A DNA stretch of 32,010 nucleotides from positions 1 through 32,010 of the IMG/VR virus record IMGVR_UViG_3300027744_000070; one strand, 5' to 3'. The number at the start of each line of letters is the position of its first letter. Positions within the stretch are counted from its first letter, which is position 1. A program made the position numbers and the translations under genes. The notes under the pieces are model-generated. The model was given only the letters and a program-made list of their open reading frames with translations. It had not been told where the DNA came from and did no database searches. This document shows, piece by piece, positions 1 through 10,092 of this stretch. The DNA is from a virus (Duplodnaviria > Caudoviricetes).

Positions 1-1
1 G

Positions 2-3000
2 ACTACGTATGCAAGTCCTAAGACTGCTGGCACAAGGAATTTGTTTGGATACGATATTGCGTTTTCCGAGTCAGCAGATATTTTTGTAGCATCTGCTCCT
101 GTAGATTTAGCTAATACAGAATCATCTTATGAAGGGAAAGTTTATGTGTATAGATTAGCTAACAATTTATATACTTTAGAAACTACCCTAGATAGTACTA
201 CAGTTGATTTAACAGCAAGAGCCAAGTTTGGGCAATCAATATCGCTATCTACAAACGGAAAGTACCTAGCAGTTGGTGCTCCATTTACAGATGCCGATAG
301 TGTAGATGCTGGAAAAGTTTTTGTATTCGATGTAGCTGATAATTTTAATCTGCATCAAACAATAGTTAGTAGTAAAAAAGAACTCAATGCAAAATTTGGA
401 TACACTGTTAATTTTATGAACACCGATGAGTCGTTAGTAATATTTTCAGCTAGCGGTGACATTGAAAAATTAACAACATTCATCGAAGGTGGCTTAACTA
501 CGTTTGATAATAACACATTAAGAATTGTTGATTATCAAGTAGACTCTGGTAGAGTTGATATATTTGATAGATACGCTACTAAATTTATATTTGGCGAAAG
601 TCTTACTTCTGATTCTACTAGCATCGATCTATATGGAACATCTATAGCAATAGCTACCGATTATATTCTAATTAGTGCTCCAGAAGATTCATTAACTTAT
701 GATCGTCAAGGTTCAGTATACGCTTATACAAGACCGCTAACTGCTAGATCGTGGATTGCAGAATATACAGAAACTAGTAGACCTGATGTTTATAAAATTA
801 AAAAAGCATTTATTTATAATAGAACTAAAAATGTTTTAACGTCTTACATAGACGTAGTAGATGCAAGCCAAGGAAAGATTCCAGGACCTGCTGATCAAGA
901 AATTAGTTATAAAACATATTTTGACCCAGCTACTTATTCTGTAGGTAATAGTACAGTTAATGTTGATGACGGAATGAATTGGACTAAAGATCAAGTTGGC
1001 ATGTTATGGTGGGATTTGACCCGTGCTAGATTTTTAGACAATCGTGCAGGCGGAGTTGTTTACCGATCAACTACATGGAATACTTTATATGATACTGCTA
1101 GCATTGATATTTACGAATGGGTAGAAACAAAATACTTACCTTCGGAGTGGGACAAGTTATCGCCTACCGATAAAGGAAACTCTTTAGGTATAAGCGGAAC
1201 TAGTCGTTATGGCGATGCGGTATACAGCGTTAAAAAGAGATATGATGCAGTATCTAAAACATTCCAAAATACCTATTACTATTGGGTAAAGAATCCAACT
1301 GTTGCTCCTAATGTTATTGGAAGATCACTGTCAGCATACAATGTTTCTAAATTAATTTCTGATCCTATCTCAGAAGGATACTCATGTCTTGCACTAACAG
1401 GTGCTGACTCTTTTAGTCTAGTAAATGTTACTGGTCTAATAGACAGTACTGATTTTAATTTAACAGTTCAATATTGGACAGTGTCGTTAGATTATATAGG
1501 CACCAACGCACACAGCCAGTGGAAGATAATTAGTGAGCATCCTAATACTATACTTCCTGTTGAGCTTGAAAATAAATGGATTCATAGTCTAGTTGGTAAA
1601 GATGAAAACGATAGACTAGTACCTGATATTAAATTACCATTTAAGCAACAATATGGTATTAATTTTAGACCTCGTCAAAGTATGTTTATCAATCGTGTGG
1701 AAGCACTAAAACAATACATTGAACGTGTTAATGCAGTTTTAGCTACAAATTTAATTGTTGATGACTACGACTTAACTGATCTAGAAGGTTATAATTCTCC
1801 TCCTAGTACAGTAACTGGCCAGTGGGATATAACAATTGACACTAATGCTGAATTACGTTTTGTGGGAGTAGCAACATTAGAACAAGCCCGCTTAACGCCA
1901 GTTATTGAAAATGGTAGAATTATTGGAGCAGACATTGTGTCAGCAGGTCGCGGCTACGTTAATGCTCCATATGTAATTATTTCTTCAACCGGTAAGAACG
2001 CAGTAGTTAAAACCAAAATAAATGCGGCTGGCCAAGTGACGGGAGTTGAAATAATCAATAAGGGAGAAGGCTACCAACCCAACACTACATTTACAGTTCG
2101 TCCGTTTGCTGTACTGGTATTAAGCGACTCTAACACTTTTGATAAGTGGACTACTTATACATGGAATAGTACAGAATTAATTTGGGATAGAGAAAAAGGA
2201 CAAGCCTTTGATGTAACAAAATATTGGGACTACATGGACTGGTATGCTACAGGATATAATCAATTTACAAAAATTGATCATCTAGTAGACAACACATATC
2301 AATTGGCACTATTAGAATCTAATGTCGGTAGTATTGTACGAGTTAAAAATATTGGATCAGGCGGCTGGCTGCTACTAGAAAAATATAATAATATAGCCAC
2401 TATTGATTATACGCAAAACTATTCTGTTGTTGGCCGTGAAAACGGAACGATACAGTTCTCTAGCAACCTCTACAACTATTCGGCTATAGGATACGATAGT
2501 GTGTTATTTGATTCAGCACAATATGACGATCTAGCAACCATTGAATTAAAAATAATTATTGATACAATTAAAAATAAAATTCTTATTGACGAATTTAAAG
2601 TTGAATATTTGAAGTTATTCTTTGCATCTTTAAGATATGCACTACATGAACAAACTTTTATTGACTGGGCATTTAAAACTAGTTTTGTAAAAGCAACTCA
2701 CAATGTAGGAAACTTATCTCAGAAAGTAACGTATAACAATGACAATTTAGAAAATTTTGAAGATTATATCAAAGAGGTTAAGCCTTATAAGACACAAATT
2801 CGTGAGTATGTAAGTTCATACACTGGAATAGAATATTCACAAAGTTCAGTTACTGATTTTGATTTAATTCCAACTATCAATTCTAAATTTGAAGTTGCAC
2901 CAGTGACTGTGACAGTTTCTTCTACAGGTGAAATTGAAACATCTTCACCAGAAATTACATCGTATCCATGGAAACATTGGTACGATCATGTTGGCTTCAC

Positions 3001-6000
3001 TGTACAAAGCATTGCACTTGTTGACGGTGGCTCTGGATATATAAGTAATCCAGTTGTTAGAATTGAAGGCGGGTACGGGACAGGCGCGACAGCTAAAGCC
3101 TATATTGCTAATGGTCGTGTTAATAGACTTGTATTAATATCAAAAGGTACAGGTTATCTTAAAGCACCGACAATTATAATAGATGGTGGACTATCAGTTG
3201 ATGGCGTTGCTGCCCGTGCAGCAGTGGTAATTGAAAGCGAAGTAGTTAGATCTAATAAAATTGCAATTAAATTTGATAGAATTTCAAGAACATATGTAGT
3301 TACTGAGCTTGAAGAAACAGAAACATTTACTGGAACTGGTTCACAATTGCAATTTGTTTTAAAATTTAGTCCTAATGGAGATCGTAGTACAAGTTCTGTA
3401 ACAGTTAATAACATTGATGTGTTAAGAAACGAATATACTCTGCAGACTAAAACAACTGCTAGTAGAGGATTTACTAGTTATTACGGAGTGTTAATATTAG
3501 AAACCGCTCCTGCTCAAGGCGAAATTGTTAGTGTTACGTACACTAAGAATTTTAATCACTTATCAGCAACTGATAGAATTAATTTTTATTACAACCCAAC
3601 TAGTGGTATGTACGGTAAAGACCTTGCGCAGTTAATGACAGGTATTGATTACGGTGGTACACAGATAACTGGATTAGGATTTAATGTTAGAGGCGGTTGG
3701 ATGGTAGGCACAAACGGAGAAGACATTGCGCCAGACGCATGGGAATCGTTTGATGCTACATTTGATGATAAAATCTTTTCAGCAGGTGCATCACAATATA
3801 CATACGATTTAGATTATTCTCCTACAGACGGAGAAGAAATAAACGTGTATGTAAACGGACAAAGAATTGACGATTCTGAGTTTGTAACGTACCCGATGCC
3901 AGGTAAGCCATATGTAGTAATGACGCCAATTATCGGTGATGGCACCACACAGGTCTTTACTTTACCTAACTTAAATTTAACAATTAATGTAAATGACAAA
4001 GTTATCTTCCGTAAGAGTACCAGCGATGGCAGTTATACTCCGCTTGAGAATGAGTACGATACGCAGTTAAGTGGCGGAGCATTTGAAGGAACAGCACTGA
4101 CATCTGCAACAGGTATAGCACCTGATGACATTATTTTAGAAGGGTCTGGCTTAGTTACTCCGTTGACCAGTGCTGCTCCTGAAGAAATTGTTCCAGGACA
4201 TATTTCAGATGCTGTAGCAATTAAAGTTTATCAGTTACCAACTGCTGGTTCTGCTAAGATAATGTTTAAGAATTTTATCTGTGATGGAGCAACAAATGAA
4301 TTTAACATGGGTCAAATTCCTGGCAATCTTGCATCTATATTTGTTAAGGTGGATAGTAATATTCTGAGACAAGGTATCGATTACACAGTAAACTGGCAAG
4401 ATAGTACAGTTACTCTATTAACAGCACCACCGCCTGCAGATAAAGAAATTTTAAGTGTAATTACATTTAGTGTAGCCAGTGAATCATTATTAGATTCTGA
4501 CTATTTTATATCAGATGGCGCAACATTAGAGTACGTAACTAATGCGCCGTGGATTGAAGGAATAGGATCAGTAGTGTTAGTTGACGGGCTAGCTGTTAAT
4601 TACGAGCTATTTCAGACTACAGACGCATACGCATCATTAGATAAAGTTGGTATTAGATTTGCAGCAGCTCGACCTGTTAACGAATTAATCACTTATATGA
4701 TAACTGCTGATGAAAATCAAACAGCATCTATTATTAAAATTGAAACACTGCCAACAGATGGTGTGCTAGACACCTTTACACTAGCAAATCCAATAGGCAC
4801 TACCGAACCATATGCAAATAATGTTTTAGTAAGTGCTGGAAATTTTATATATAGAACAACTGTAAATGAATATTTTGTTTTAGAAAATAATACATTAGAT
4901 TATACATTAGCTGCCTATAAGTCACCTCCTTATGTTCCAACACCTACAGATTTTGCAATCTTTGTAAACGGAGCCCAGTTAACATATGGATCTGGTTATG
5001 TAATTGATTACTCTGGAGTTACAATTAATCTAAGAGCAGAAGCATATGTAGAAGGAGCAACCTTAACTGTAGCTAAGTTAGCATATGAAAACTATACAAT
5101 AAATGGTAATCAAATAAATTTTACAACTCCACCAACGGGCACTGTAGAAGTAATATCTTTTTACAATCATTCTGTTGAAGCTATTCAACGTGAAACAGAG
5201 TATACTAGTCTAAGCGGGTCATTAGTTAGCGGAACATACGATTATTTTAGAGCTAAACACTTAGTTGGCGGTAAATTTAAATTAAGTAGATCAGTTGTTA
5301 CTGACGATTACGTTTGGGTTATTAAGAATGGTAAAATTTTAACACATAGCGTTGACTATTATTTAGATGCAGATCATGTTACAGTGAAATTAGCAGCTCC
5401 TATGGAAACTACAGATTATTTAGACATAGTTTGTTTTAGTGACCAACATATTAAATCTAGTTATGGTTACATGCAGTTTAAAGATATATTAAATCGCACA
5501 CACTATAAGAGAATTTCTAAAGCTAAGTCTACACGATTAGCTAGAGATTTACTGCAGAAAGATGCAGAAATTCTACTAGTCGACGGATCAAAACTAAGCT
5601 CACCTAATCCTGTATTGAATTTGCCTGGCATTATTGAAATTAATGGCGAGCGTATTGAGTATTTTACGAAAGTAGGCAATACTTTAGGGCAATTACGCCG
5701 TGCTACATTAGGTACAGGAGCACCTACTGTACATTTAGAGCACACATTAGTGTTAGACATTGGACCAACAGAAACTATTCCGTATGCTGACACTCATGTT
5801 ATTGAAACTTCTATAAGCAATGGTAGTACATCTAATGTAGCATTACGATATATACCAACTAGTGTAAATGAAATTGACGTATTTGTAGGCGGATATAAAT
5901 TAAAGAAAGTAGACTATACGTTATTTGAAGAGTCAAACGGCTATCCTTACAGCCCGGAAGGCGACTCTAACTTTACTGCTGAGTTCTCAGTAAATGGAGT

Positions 6001-6205
6001 TGCCAGTAGTATTAGTTTAACAGATCAGGCAGCAGCAGACACACGAATTGTAGTGATTAAAAAGACAGGCACCCAGTGGGGCGAAACTGATCTACATAAC
6101 TCTAACAGTGAGATTGCTAATTTTATTAAAAATTCAGAGGCAATATTTCCAGAATATTTGACAGATAAATATCAGTACACGCTGTCTAATAATCAAAATG
6201 ACTAA
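2..6205 (+). CDS. Giant virion structural protein, probably baseplate wedge/hub (5'-truncated by the window)
   Basis: The frame is open from position 2 (TTYASPKTAGTRNLFGYD...), so the TTG at 41 is unlikely to be the real start. FG-GAP-like repeats occur at the start (FGQSISLSTNGKYLAVGAP, YGTSIAIATDYILISAP). GxGY..P repeats (GRGYVNAP, GSGYISNP, GTGYLKAP) resemble myovirus baseplate wedge proteins, and beta-rich G(D)G....F.L modules recur. The gene lies directly upstream of the fibre genes. Confidence 0.75.
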   Translation, partial: TTYASPKTAGTRNLFGYDIAFSESADIFVASAPVDLANTESSYEGKVYVYRLANNLYTLETTLDSTTVDLTARAKFGQSISLSTNGKYLAVGAPFTDADSVDAGKVFVFDVADNFNLHQTIVSSKKELNAKFGYTVNFMNTDESLVIFSASGDIEKLTTFIEGGLTTFDNNTLRIVDYQVDSGRVDIFDRYATKFIFGESLTSDSTSIDLYGTSIAIATDYILISAPEDSLTYDRQGSVYAYTRPLTARSWIAEYTETSRPDVYKIKKAFIYNRTKNVLTSYIDVVDASQGKIPGPADQEISYKTYFDPATYSVGNSTVNVDDGMNWTKDQVGMLWWDLTRARFLDNRAGGVVYRSTTWNTLYDTASIDIYEWVETKYLPSEWDKLSPTDKGNSLGISGTSRYGDAVYSVKKRYDAVSKTFQNTYYYWVKNPTVAPNVIGRSLSAYNVSKLISDPISEGYSCLALTGADSFSLVNVTGLIDSTDFNLTVQYWTVSLDYIGTNAHSQWKIISEHPNTILPVELENKWIHSLVGKDENDRLVPDIKLPFKQQYGINFRPRQSMFINRVEALKQYIERVNAVLATNLIVDDYDLTDLEGYNSPPSTVTGQWDITIDTNAELRFVGVATLEQARLTPVIENGRIIGADIVSAGRGYVNAPYVIISSTGKNAVVKTKINAAGQVTGVEIINKGEGYQPNTTFTVRPFAVLVLSDSNTFDKWTTYTWNSTELIWDREKGQAFDVTKYWDYMDWYATGYNQFTKIDHLVDNTYQLALLESNVGSIVRVKNIGSGGWLLLEKYNNIATIDYTQNYSVVGRENGTIQFSSNLYNYSAIGYDSVLFDSAQYDDLATIELKIIIDTIKNKILIDEFKVEYLKLFFASLRYALHEQTFIDWAFKTSFVKATHNVGNLSQKVTYNNDNLENFEDYIKEVKPYKTQIREYVSSYTGIEYSQSSVTDFDLIPTINSKFEVAPVTVTVSSTGEIETSSPEITSYPWKHWYDHVGFTVQSIALVDGGSGYISNPVVRIEGGYGTGATAKAYIANGRVNRLVLISKGTGYLKAPTIIIDGGLSVDGVAARAAVVIESEVVRSNKIAIKFDRISRTYVVTELEETETFTGTGSQLQFVLKFSPNGDRSTSSVTVNNIDVLRNEYTLQTKTTASRGFTSYYGVLILETAPAQGEIVSVTYTKNFNHLSATDRINFYYNPTSGMYGKDLAQLMTGIDYGGTQITGLGFNVRGGWMVGTNGEDIAPDAWESFDATFDDKIFSAGASQYTYDLDYSPTDGEEINVYVNGQRIDDSEFVTYPMPGKPYVVMTPIIGDGTTQVFTLPNLNLTINVNDKVIFRKSTSDGSYTPLENEYDTQLSGGAFEGTALTSATGIAPDDIILEGSGLVTPLTSAAPEEIVPGHISDAVAIKVYQLPTAGSAKIMFKNFICDGATNEFNMGQIPGNLASIFVKVDSNILRQGIDYTVNWQDSTVTLLTAPPPADKEILSVITFSVASESLLDSDYFISDGATLEYVTNAPWIEGIGSVVLVDGLAVNYELFQTTDAYASLDKVGIRFAAARPVNELITYMITADENQTASIIKIETLPTDGVLDTFTLANPIGTTEPYANNVLVSAGNFIYRTTVNEYFVLENNTLDYTLAAYKSPPYVPTPTDFAIFVNGAQLTYGSGYVIDYSGVTINLRAEAYVEGATLTVAKLAYENYTINGNQINFTTPPTGTVEVISFYNHSVEAIQRETEYTSLSGSLVSGTYDYFRAKHLVGGKFKLSRSVVTDDYVWVIKNGKILTHSVDYYLDADHVTVKLAAPMETTDYLDIVCFSDQHIKSSYGYMQFKDILNRTHYKRISKAKSTRLARDLLQKDAEILLVDGSKLSSPNPVLNLPGIIEINGERIEYFTKVGNTLGQLRRATLGTGAPTVHLEHTLVLDIGPTETIPYADTHVIETSISNGSTSNVALRYIPTSVNEIDVFVGGYKLKKVDYTLFEESNGYPYSPEGDSNFTAEFSVNGVASSISLTDQAAADTRIVVIKKTGTQWGETDLHNSNSEIANFIKNSEAIFPEYLTDKYQYTLSNNQND

Positions 6206-6246
6206 TATTTAAGTGGGTAGACGGTATAATCTACCCACTTATTAGT
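6201..6246 (+). terminator. Strong stem-loop directly after the giant structural gene (terminator or RNA-processing/stability element)
   Basis: Perfect 12-bp inverted repeat TAAGTGGGTAGA (6210-6221) / TCTACCCACTTA (6230-6241), extendable across a bulge by ACTAAT/ATTAGT. No clear poly-U tail. Confidence 0.55.
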
Positions 6247-6252
6247 ATTAGG

Positions 6253-6258
6253 TAAATA
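6253..6258 (+). promoter_or_regulatory. Candidate phage late promoter core (TAAATA)
   Basis: TAAATA lies 17 nt before the ATG at 6276 and resembles the T4 late promoter TATAAATA. Another ATAAATA is at 6165-6171. Confidence 0.45.
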
Positions 6259-6275
6259 TAAAAAAGAGATCATTT

Positions 6276-6887
6276 ATGCAAGGTAAAGACTTATCAGGAA
6301 TACACATTGAAGGGCATATTAAAATTCACAATCCAGAAACTGGTGAAGTGTTTATTAATAAGCGCAATGCTATCCACTACGAAAACATGAGCATCTCATT
6401 AGCAGAAAGTATTGCTAATGCAGGACAGGGATTCATCTATGAGATGGCATTTGGTAACGGAGGAACTACTATAGATCCTACGGGCATTATTACCTATCTT
6501 ACACCTAATAGCACAGGAACTAGTGCAAGTTTATACAATGAAACTTATTCTAAAGTGGTAGATGACCGTGCTAGTGTAAACACTGATCCTATTCGCAATA
6601 AAATTGAAACTAGACACGTAACCGGCACAAATTATACTGATGTGTTTATCACTTGTTTATTGGACTACGGCGAGCCTAGCAGTCAAGAAGCATTTGACAA
6701 TGCTACTAGTGCTGATGGTACATATGTATTTGATGAATTAGGATTAAAATCTTATGCTACAGATGGCACTGGCCGACTATTAACTCATGTGATCTTTCAT
6801 CCAGTACAAAAGTCTCTAAATAGATTAATTCAAGTTGATTACACAGTGCGTATTCAGAGTTTAACTGGCCTTAGTGAGGTAGCATAA
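6276..6887 (+). CDS. Virion structural protein (baseplate / tail-fibre anchoring protein)
   Basis: 203 aa. The MAFGNGG and FDELGL...GRLLTHVIFHPVQKS...DYTVRI pattern resembles phage tail-collar/fibre attachment domains. TAATG coupling to the next gene. Confidence 0.6.
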   Translation: MQGKDLSGIHIEGHIKIHNPETGEVFINKRNAIHYENMSISLAESIANAGQGFIYEMAFGNGGTTIDPTGIITYLTPNSTGTSASLYNETYSKVVDDRASVNTDPIRNKIETRHVTGTNYTDVFITCLLDYGEPSSQEAFDNATSADGTYVFDELGLKSYATDGTGRLLTHVIFHPVQKSLNRLIQVDYTVRIQSLTGLSEVA

Positions 6888-9031
6888 TGCCATATCAAAT
6901 TGACCATTTTGACCAACCTAACAACGGAAGTATTACAGTTAACGATTTAGACTTAAATCAAACAACTGATTTAAGTTTTGTAGGAAAGAATCTTCCAGGA
7001 TATGCCCAAGCAATTGGAGAAAATTTCCTACATTTACTAGAAAATTTTGCTAGTTCTTTCATTGATCGTCCAACAAAACCTGTATTAGGACAACTATGGT
7101 ATGACACTGGTACTACTTCGAGCCCACCTCAACCACAATTAAAAGTTTGGGATAGTACTAAATGGGTAGCTGCAGGCAATGTAACAAAAAGTATTGCCCG
7201 TCCCACAACAGCAGTCATTGGAGATCTATGGGTCGACACAAGTAATCAACAATTATACTTATGGTCAGGATCTAACTGGTTACTAGTCGGACCTCAATTT
7301 AGTGAAGGAACGCAGTCAGGACCTAAAGTAGAGTCAATTTATGATACAGCAAACTTACCACGCATTATATTAAACTTTATCATTGCTGGTGAAGTTGTTG
7401 CAATTATTAGTAAAGATACATTTACACCAAAAATAACAATTGATGGATTTTCAGTAATCAATCAAGGTGTTAACATGTCAACTAAAGACTTTGATCTTAA
7501 TGGAATTGTACTTAACAAGTTTTGGGGAACAGCTGATCGTGCAACAAAACTTGTAGTATCAGGGTATGCTGATGGTCTTGATGCAAATAATTTCCTTAGA
7601 GGTGATGTTGCAAGTACTACTGACTACGGTCTTACTATTAAAAACAATGCCGGATTAATTGTAGGTGCCGATCTTAATACTACACTAACTAACACATTAA
7701 ATGGTGCTACAGTTTTAACTAATAAAATTGAAGGTTCTAGTATATTCCTTAGAGTTAATCAAGCAGGAACTTCTAGTGATGTGTTGACAGTCACCGGAAC
7801 AAGCGTAGGTATAAACAAAACAAATCCTGCAGAAGCATTAGATATTAATGGTAAACTACAAGTTAGTAATGATATAATTGTTACCAGCACAACAGATAGT
7901 ACAACCTTAAGTAATGGCAGTATTAAAACTGCAGGTGGCGCAAGTATTGCAAAAACTCTGCGTGTAGGCACCGGTGCTCATATTACTGGCACACTAACTT
8001 CAAATTCTATCACTCCAGTAGCAAACAATGTACATAATATTGGTACTAATTTGTTACGTTACAACACAATTTATGCTAATAACATTGGCAATCCAGACCT
8101 TAGTACAATTTTTACTGGATCTTTTAACGGTGCATTTAATGGTTCAGTTACTGGAACAGCAACTCGACTAGTTAGCTCTACAGATTTTTCTTTAACTGGC
8201 GACGTTATTAGTACTAACACAATTAGTTTTGACGGTCAGCAAGTTGGCGGCACTGCAATTTTTACAACTGCATTAAGTTCAGACGTTATTGGTAATAAGA
8301 TTGAATTGCTTGATTTTCTTTCTACAGATGAACTGCTAGTAAACAGACCATTAACTGGCCTAAGAAAAATAACAAAAACAACGTTCCTATCTACAGTAGC
8401 GACAGTGCCTATTGGATCTCTTGTGTCATTTGCAGGAACAACATTACCCAATGGTTACCTATTATGTGACGGTGCAGAGGTATCAATTAGTTCATACCCC
8501 GAACTGTTTGCAACCATAGGCACCAGTTATAATGGGTTAGTACCATTAGTAGGTATTGCAACATTTAGATTGCCTGATCTAAGAGGTAGGATGGCCATTG
8601 GTGCTGATAATATGAATAATGGTATATCAGTTCCTTTATTACCATCTGGCGCAACATCAGGAACAACTACGTTAGATAAAGACGGAATCCCTGGACCAGT
8701 AGCTAACAGAGTTACTGCAGTATCAGCGGATACTGTAGGGTTATCAAACGGTAATGAAGAACAATCAATTAATATTACAAACCTTCCTGATCACGTTCAC
8801 GACTTTACCGGAGATACCGGCACCCAGTTTTACTCAGTCACTGATTCAACAGATCCTGGATCTATTGCAGACTCTGAAGCGGTTGGCCGTTCAGTACAAT
8901 TACAAACTGGGTACAGTAAGTTTATGGTAAACAGCGGCAGCGTAGATTCAACAACTACTGATCTACCTTTGAATATTATGAATCCTTACTTAACAATAAA
9001 CTACATAATTTATACTGGTAGGATTGTATAA
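6887..9031 (+). CDS. Tail fibre protein with C-terminal tail-collar domain
   Basis: Tail-collar motif VPIGSLVSFAG...GYLLCDG....SYPELFATIG...FRLPDLRGR (about 8405-8590) and C-terminal NIMNPYLTINYII. The N-terminal GKN..GY...ENFLHLLENFA...GQLWYD domain is shared with the next two genes. Confidence 0.85.
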   Translation: MPYQIDHFDQPNNGSITVNDLDLNQTTDLSFVGKNLPGYAQAIGENFLHLLENFASSFIDRPTKPVLGQLWYDTGTTSSPPQPQLKVWDSTKWVAAGNVTKSIARPTTAVIGDLWVDTSNQQLYLWSGSNWLLVGPQFSEGTQSGPKVESIYDTANLPRIILNFIIAGEVVAIISKDTFTPKITIDGFSVINQGVNMSTKDFDLNGIVLNKFWGTADRATKLVVSGYADGLDANNFLRGDVASTTDYGLTIKNNAGLIVGADLNTTLTNTLNGATVLTNKIEGSSIFLRVNQAGTSSDVLTVTGTSVGINKTNPAEALDINGKLQVSNDIIVTSTTDSTTLSNGSIKTAGGASIAKTLRVGTGAHITGTLTSNSITPVANNVHNIGTNLLRYNTIYANNIGNPDLSTIFTGSFNGAFNGSVTGTATRLVSSTDFSLTGDVISTNTISFDGQQVGGTAIFTTALSSDVIGNKIELLDFLSTDELLVNRPLTGLRKITKTTFLSTVATVPIGSLVSFAGTTLPNGYLLCDGAEVSISSYPELFATIGTSYNGLVPLVGIATFRLPDLRGRMAIGADNMNNGISVPLLPSGATSGTTTLDKDGIPGPVANRVTAVSADTVGLSNGNEEQSINITNLPDHVHDFTGDTGTQFYSVTDSTDPGSIADSEAVGRSVQLQTGYSKFMVNSGSVDSTTTDLPLNIMNPYLTINYIIYTGRIV

Positions 9032-10053
9032 TGACTTATAAAATTAATAAAACAGATGGAACCTTGCTAACAGAAATTGTTGACAGTACTGTTGACCAAA
9101 CAGCCACAGACCTCACACTTATTGGTAAGAACGTTGCCGGTTACGGTGAATTTTTTAATGAAAATTTAATAAAACTATTAGAAAACTTTGCAAATACTTC
9201 AGCTCCTAATAATCCAGTAACTGGTCAGATTTGGTATGACACTGCAACCAGCAGATTAAAAGTATATGACGGCAACGGGTTTAGAATAGGAAGCGGTCCT
9301 ATCGTGCAACCTACTGCTCCTAGTATTGTAGCACAAGGTGATCTGTGGATTGACAGTACAGAAAAGCGTTTGTATTTTTATTCATCTGCAAACAACAGAT
9401 ATGAAGCAAGTAAAATATGGGGCGACAGTCAACAAAAGTCTGGATTTGAAGTTGTATCATTATATGATACAAACAATGCACTACGAGTAATTGTTGAATT
9501 ATGGGCGCAAGGTCAACTGTTAGGAATTTTTAGTAGTAGTACAATAGAATTTACACCAAAGACTGCTATAACTAATTTTACAGGCACAATTAAGCCAGGA
9601 TTTAATGCTAGTACACTTTCTGGAATGAAGTTTAATGTTACTGCTAGTAAAGCAGACACAATAACAGGACTTAGTGGAGCGACTCTAGACTATACTGATT
9701 TTATGAGTACTGGTGGTGATACTAGCACATCCGGCACAGTAGCAATTGCAAACAATCTACCGTTATTGTTGGGACCAAATCAGAATTTTGAAATAGCAAC
9801 AAATGTAAGCACATTGGCAATTACTAGTAATTTTGGAAATGCTAAAGTAGGAATATTAACTAATACGCCGGAATATACATTAGATGTTGCAGGAGGAGTT
9901 AGGGCCACGACTCAACTCCAGCTGCCAAAATACACAACAAGTGCCCGTGATCTTAGAGTAATGACTAGTGCAAATAACGGCGAGCTAATTTATAATACAA
10001 CAACTGATAAAATCCAGGCTTATGCAGCAGGAGCATGGGTTGATTTAAATTGA
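9031..10053 (+). CDS. Tail fibre protein (short paralog)
   Basis: Same N-terminal domain (LIGKNVAGYGEFFNENLIKLLENFA...GQIWYD), a VGILTNTPEYTLDVAG fibre repeat, and a C-terminal GELIYNTT...AWVDL module. Confidence 0.75.
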   Translation: MTYKINKTDGTLLTEIVDSTVDQTATDLTLIGKNVAGYGEFFNENLIKLLENFANTSAPNNPVTGQIWYDTATSRLKVYDGNGFRIGSGPIVQPTAPSIVAQGDLWIDSTEKRLYFYSSANNRYEASKIWGDSQQKSGFEVVSLYDTNNALRVIVELWAQGQLLGIFSSSTIEFTPKTAITNFTGTIKPGFNASTLSGMKFNVTASKADTITGLSGATLDYTDFMSTGGDTSTSGTVAIANNLPLLLGPNQNFEIATNVSTLAITSNFGNAKVGILTNTPEYTLDVAGGVRATTQLQLPKYTTSARDLRVMTSANNGELIYNTTTDKIQAYAAGAWVDLN

Positions 10054-10062
10054 TTTTGAAAC

Positions 10063-10068
10063 TAAATA
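10063..10068 (+). promoter_or_regulatory. Candidate late promoter core (TAAATA)
   Basis: Intergenic TAAATA followed by the RBS-like AAGGGG and the ATG at 10093. Confidence 0.45.
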
Positions 10069-10092
10069 CATAAAGTTAAGGGGTAGAACTAA

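Noticed and set aside
41-43. TTG start of the 2054-aa ORF
   Set aside because: The frame is open back to position 2 and no RBS is evident, so the gene probably starts before the window.
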